DNA from: an uncultured Mogibacterium sp.
GTDB lineage: Bacteria; Bacillota; Clostridia; Peptostreptococcales; Anaerovoracaceae
Direction: 5' to 3'
Assembly (NCBI GenBank): GCA_938041965.1
Contig: CALISE010000019.1
Coordinates: 16,611-80,610, forward strand
DNA: 64,000 nt
The notes below the pieces were generated by a model, which was not told where the DNA came from, searched no databases, and saw nothing but the letters and a program-made list of their open reading frames with translations. How positions within the stretch are numbered: the stretch's first letter is position 1; the number at the start of each line of letters is the position of its first letter. The position numbers and the translations under genes are program-made. Shown piece after piece: positions 62,120 to 64,000 of this stretch.

Positions 62120-62472
62120 TTTCTACTCTCCATATATAAATGTATTAAGTACGCTATGACGTAAATCACAGAACCGTCAAAATCATCGCTTGCAAATTGC
62201 TATAATAAACTTGCGCTGATATCATTATACAGAATAATGTGATGAAAATGTTATGATACTTGTTAATAATACAGTTCGTTTCATGATATTGAGTTCAATA
62301 TTTTGCAATGATATAATTTAGTTTCATGAGGTGTGTTCATAAGATTTAATACAGAAGGGGATATGATTATGATAAGTGATAAATATAAAGGCATTGAAAT
62401 AAAGGCATTGAAGCAAGTGACCACGTGCCTTAAACTCGTGAGTTAGAAGCAAAAGAAACTTATAAGATAACG

Positions 62473-63324
62473 GTGGCTAAGAAAAGTAAAATGGATAAGA
62501 AGGAAAATATGAGCAAAAAGACCAACAAGAGTGGCAAGAGAAATAGTGCGATGGACTGGGCATTTAGGGTAATCATATTCTGCTTGGTCTGTGTGATTGT
62601 GGTAAGTGGATACAAAGTCGGAACGGCACTTTATAAATACTACCATTCGAGAAGTGGATTTAAGCAAGTTGCAAAGGAAGCAAAAGTGGATCCTAATCAA
62701 TTCACGGGTGTTGTAGATTTTGATGCACTTAAGAAATTGAATCCTGATGTAGTTGGATGGATTTACCAGAAAGATACCATAATCAACTATCCAATAATGC
62801 GCGGAAAAGATAATGACCAGTACTTACACTCTGACATTAACAAGAAGTATAGCGTTTCCGGTTCGATTTTTATGGATTATAGGAACAGTGCTGATTTCTC
62901 TGATTTCAATACGATTATTTACGGGCATCATATGCATGATGGCAGCATGTTCAAATCGCTAAGAGGTTACACAAAAGAGACGGACTACTACAAGGATCAT
63001 AAGACTTTTGAACTTATTACACCTGATAAAAAGTATCATCTGCAAATAATTTCGTCATATATTACTCCGGCTACGAGTGATGCGTACAAGTATTCGTTTA
63101 ATAATCAAGCAGATAAACAAGCATTTATTAACTATGCAATAAAGAATTCTAAAATTAGTACAGGCATTACTGCGACAACGAATGACAAGATTATTACACT
63201 CAGCACTTGTGCATATGACTATGATGAAGCTAGGTATGTTGTAGTGTGCAAGGCAATACCTTGGACTAAGGAAGAAATCAAGGCGGGTAAGAAACTGCAG
63301 GCGAAGCTTGATAAGCAGAAATAA
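62473..63324 (+). CDS. srtB: Class B sortase
   Basis: N-terminal TM; NPDVVGWI, INYPI, GSIFMD, IIYGHHM..GSMF, ITLSTC, ARYVV. Confidence 0.93.
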   Translation: MAKKSKMDKKENMSKKTNKSGKRNSAMDWAFRVIIFCLVCVIVVSGYKVGTALYKYYHSRSGFKQVAKEAKVDPNQFTGVVDFDALKKLNPDVVGWIYQKDTIINYPIMRGKDNDQYLHSDINKKYSVSGSIFMDYRNSADFSDFNTIIYGHHMHDGSMFKSLRGYTKETDYYKDHKTFELITPDKKYHLQIISSYITPATSDAYKYSFNNQADKQAFINYAIKNSKISTGITATTNDKIITLSTCAYDYDEARYVVVCKAIPWTKEEIKAGKKLQAKLDKQK

Positions 63325-63622
63325 TATTTAACTCCATCGTGGAATAAGAGAATAAATATCTATTTACAATAATCATAAATTAAAAGACGCTTAACAGAAC
63401 TGAAATCAATGGCCTTCGAGATTGCCAATGACATGATTCACGATTAGGCGTCTTTTTGTTTATATACTGTTGACTATGTCGAAATTTAATTTAAGACTAG
63501 TCTGTATCTATGTAGTAATTATTTTGAATTTACATCTTATTCAATATAATATAAGTATAAATGATCTTTGCGTCTACTATCACTTTATAATAACTAACAG
63601 CAAAAATACGAGAGGCGTTAAT

Positions 63623-64000
63623 ATGAGTATCGATAAAACAAAGATTCGCGATGAACTGCTGCCCGATATACGGAGTTACGCAGATAACACACCGCTTGCA
63701 GATGAGAATACTTTAGATTGTAGTCTAGGCATAAATCCCTACGGATTTCCTGATGTAGTTGTGGATATTGTCCATAATTTTGACGTAAACAGACTTTATC
63801 AATACCCGCATAGCAAAGAAGCGCAGGAAGCTGTCGTCAAGTACTGGCAAGACTATGCTTTCATTGAGCCGGAAAATGTTGTTATGACCGACGGAAGTGT
63901 TTCGGCATTAAATCTTCTAGTAAATGTTTTTGCAAAACCCGATGCTGAAGCAGTCATGTTTATGCCGACATTTACCGACATGGTAGAGTACTCGCGGATA
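63623..64000 (+). CDS. PLP-dependent class I/II aminotransferase (HisC-like), 3'-truncated by window edge
   Basis: Open frame to end of window: LDCSLGINPYG...YQYP...ENVVMTDGS...PTF; SD GAGAGG. Confidence 0.75.
   Translation, partial: MSIDKTKIRDELLPDIRSYADNTPLADENTLDCSLGINPYGFPDVVVDIVHNFDVNRLYQYPHSKEAQEAVVKYWQDYAFIEPENVVMTDGSVSALNLLVNVFAKPDAEAVMFMPTFTDMVEYSRI

Noticed and set aside
62385..62412. 14-bp tandem duplication ATAAAGGCATTGAA x2 and a short ORF over it
   Set aside because: Only two copies, probably slippage; the ORF has no support.
952..62700. Many short antisense/overlapping ORFs in the six-frame track (e.g. 9089..9655, 18131..18766, 33761..34276, 45329..45886)
   Set aside because: Shadows of well-supported genes, with no motifs or SD.
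1..64000. CRISPR array, prophage, integrase, transposase, rRNA or defence operon
   Set aside because: No regularly spaced repeats or recognisable genes of these classes by reading.

Overview
Mostly core chromosome of a low-GC anaerobic Firmicute. Gene content and style suggest Clostridia, possibly Anaerovoracaceae/Mogibacterium-like; this is inference only. Housekeeping blocks: FMN-riboswitch-controlled ribD-ribE-ribBA-ribH, rplM-rpsI, secA-prfB (programmed +1 frameshift), addB-MBL hydrolase-rlmH, a complete nine-gene V/A-type ATPase operon with Na+-type c-subunit residues, tRNA-Arg(CCG), a phosphomannomutase and a class B sortase. Accessory-looking parts: a streptococcal-type malolactic pair (mleS-mleP), a Zn/Mn ABC operon with a Fur-family box and structured leader, an SOS-box-preceded Y-family polymerase + YolD cassette broken by three in-frame stops, a 50-bp IS3-like mini-element inside a terminator, a two-amidohydrolase/membrane-protein cluster, and a surface-protein locus (25.9-30.1 kb). 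The surface locus is the most intriguing. It starts with a truncated EamA remnant, then a 1056-aa sortase-type protein with a CxxCxxCxxC motif, then a lipoprotein whose frame continues through an in-frame UGA followed by a SECIS-like hairpin (candidate unannotated selenoprotein/readthrough, or a simple nonsense allele). No CRISPR array, prophage, integrase, transposase or rRNA was seen.
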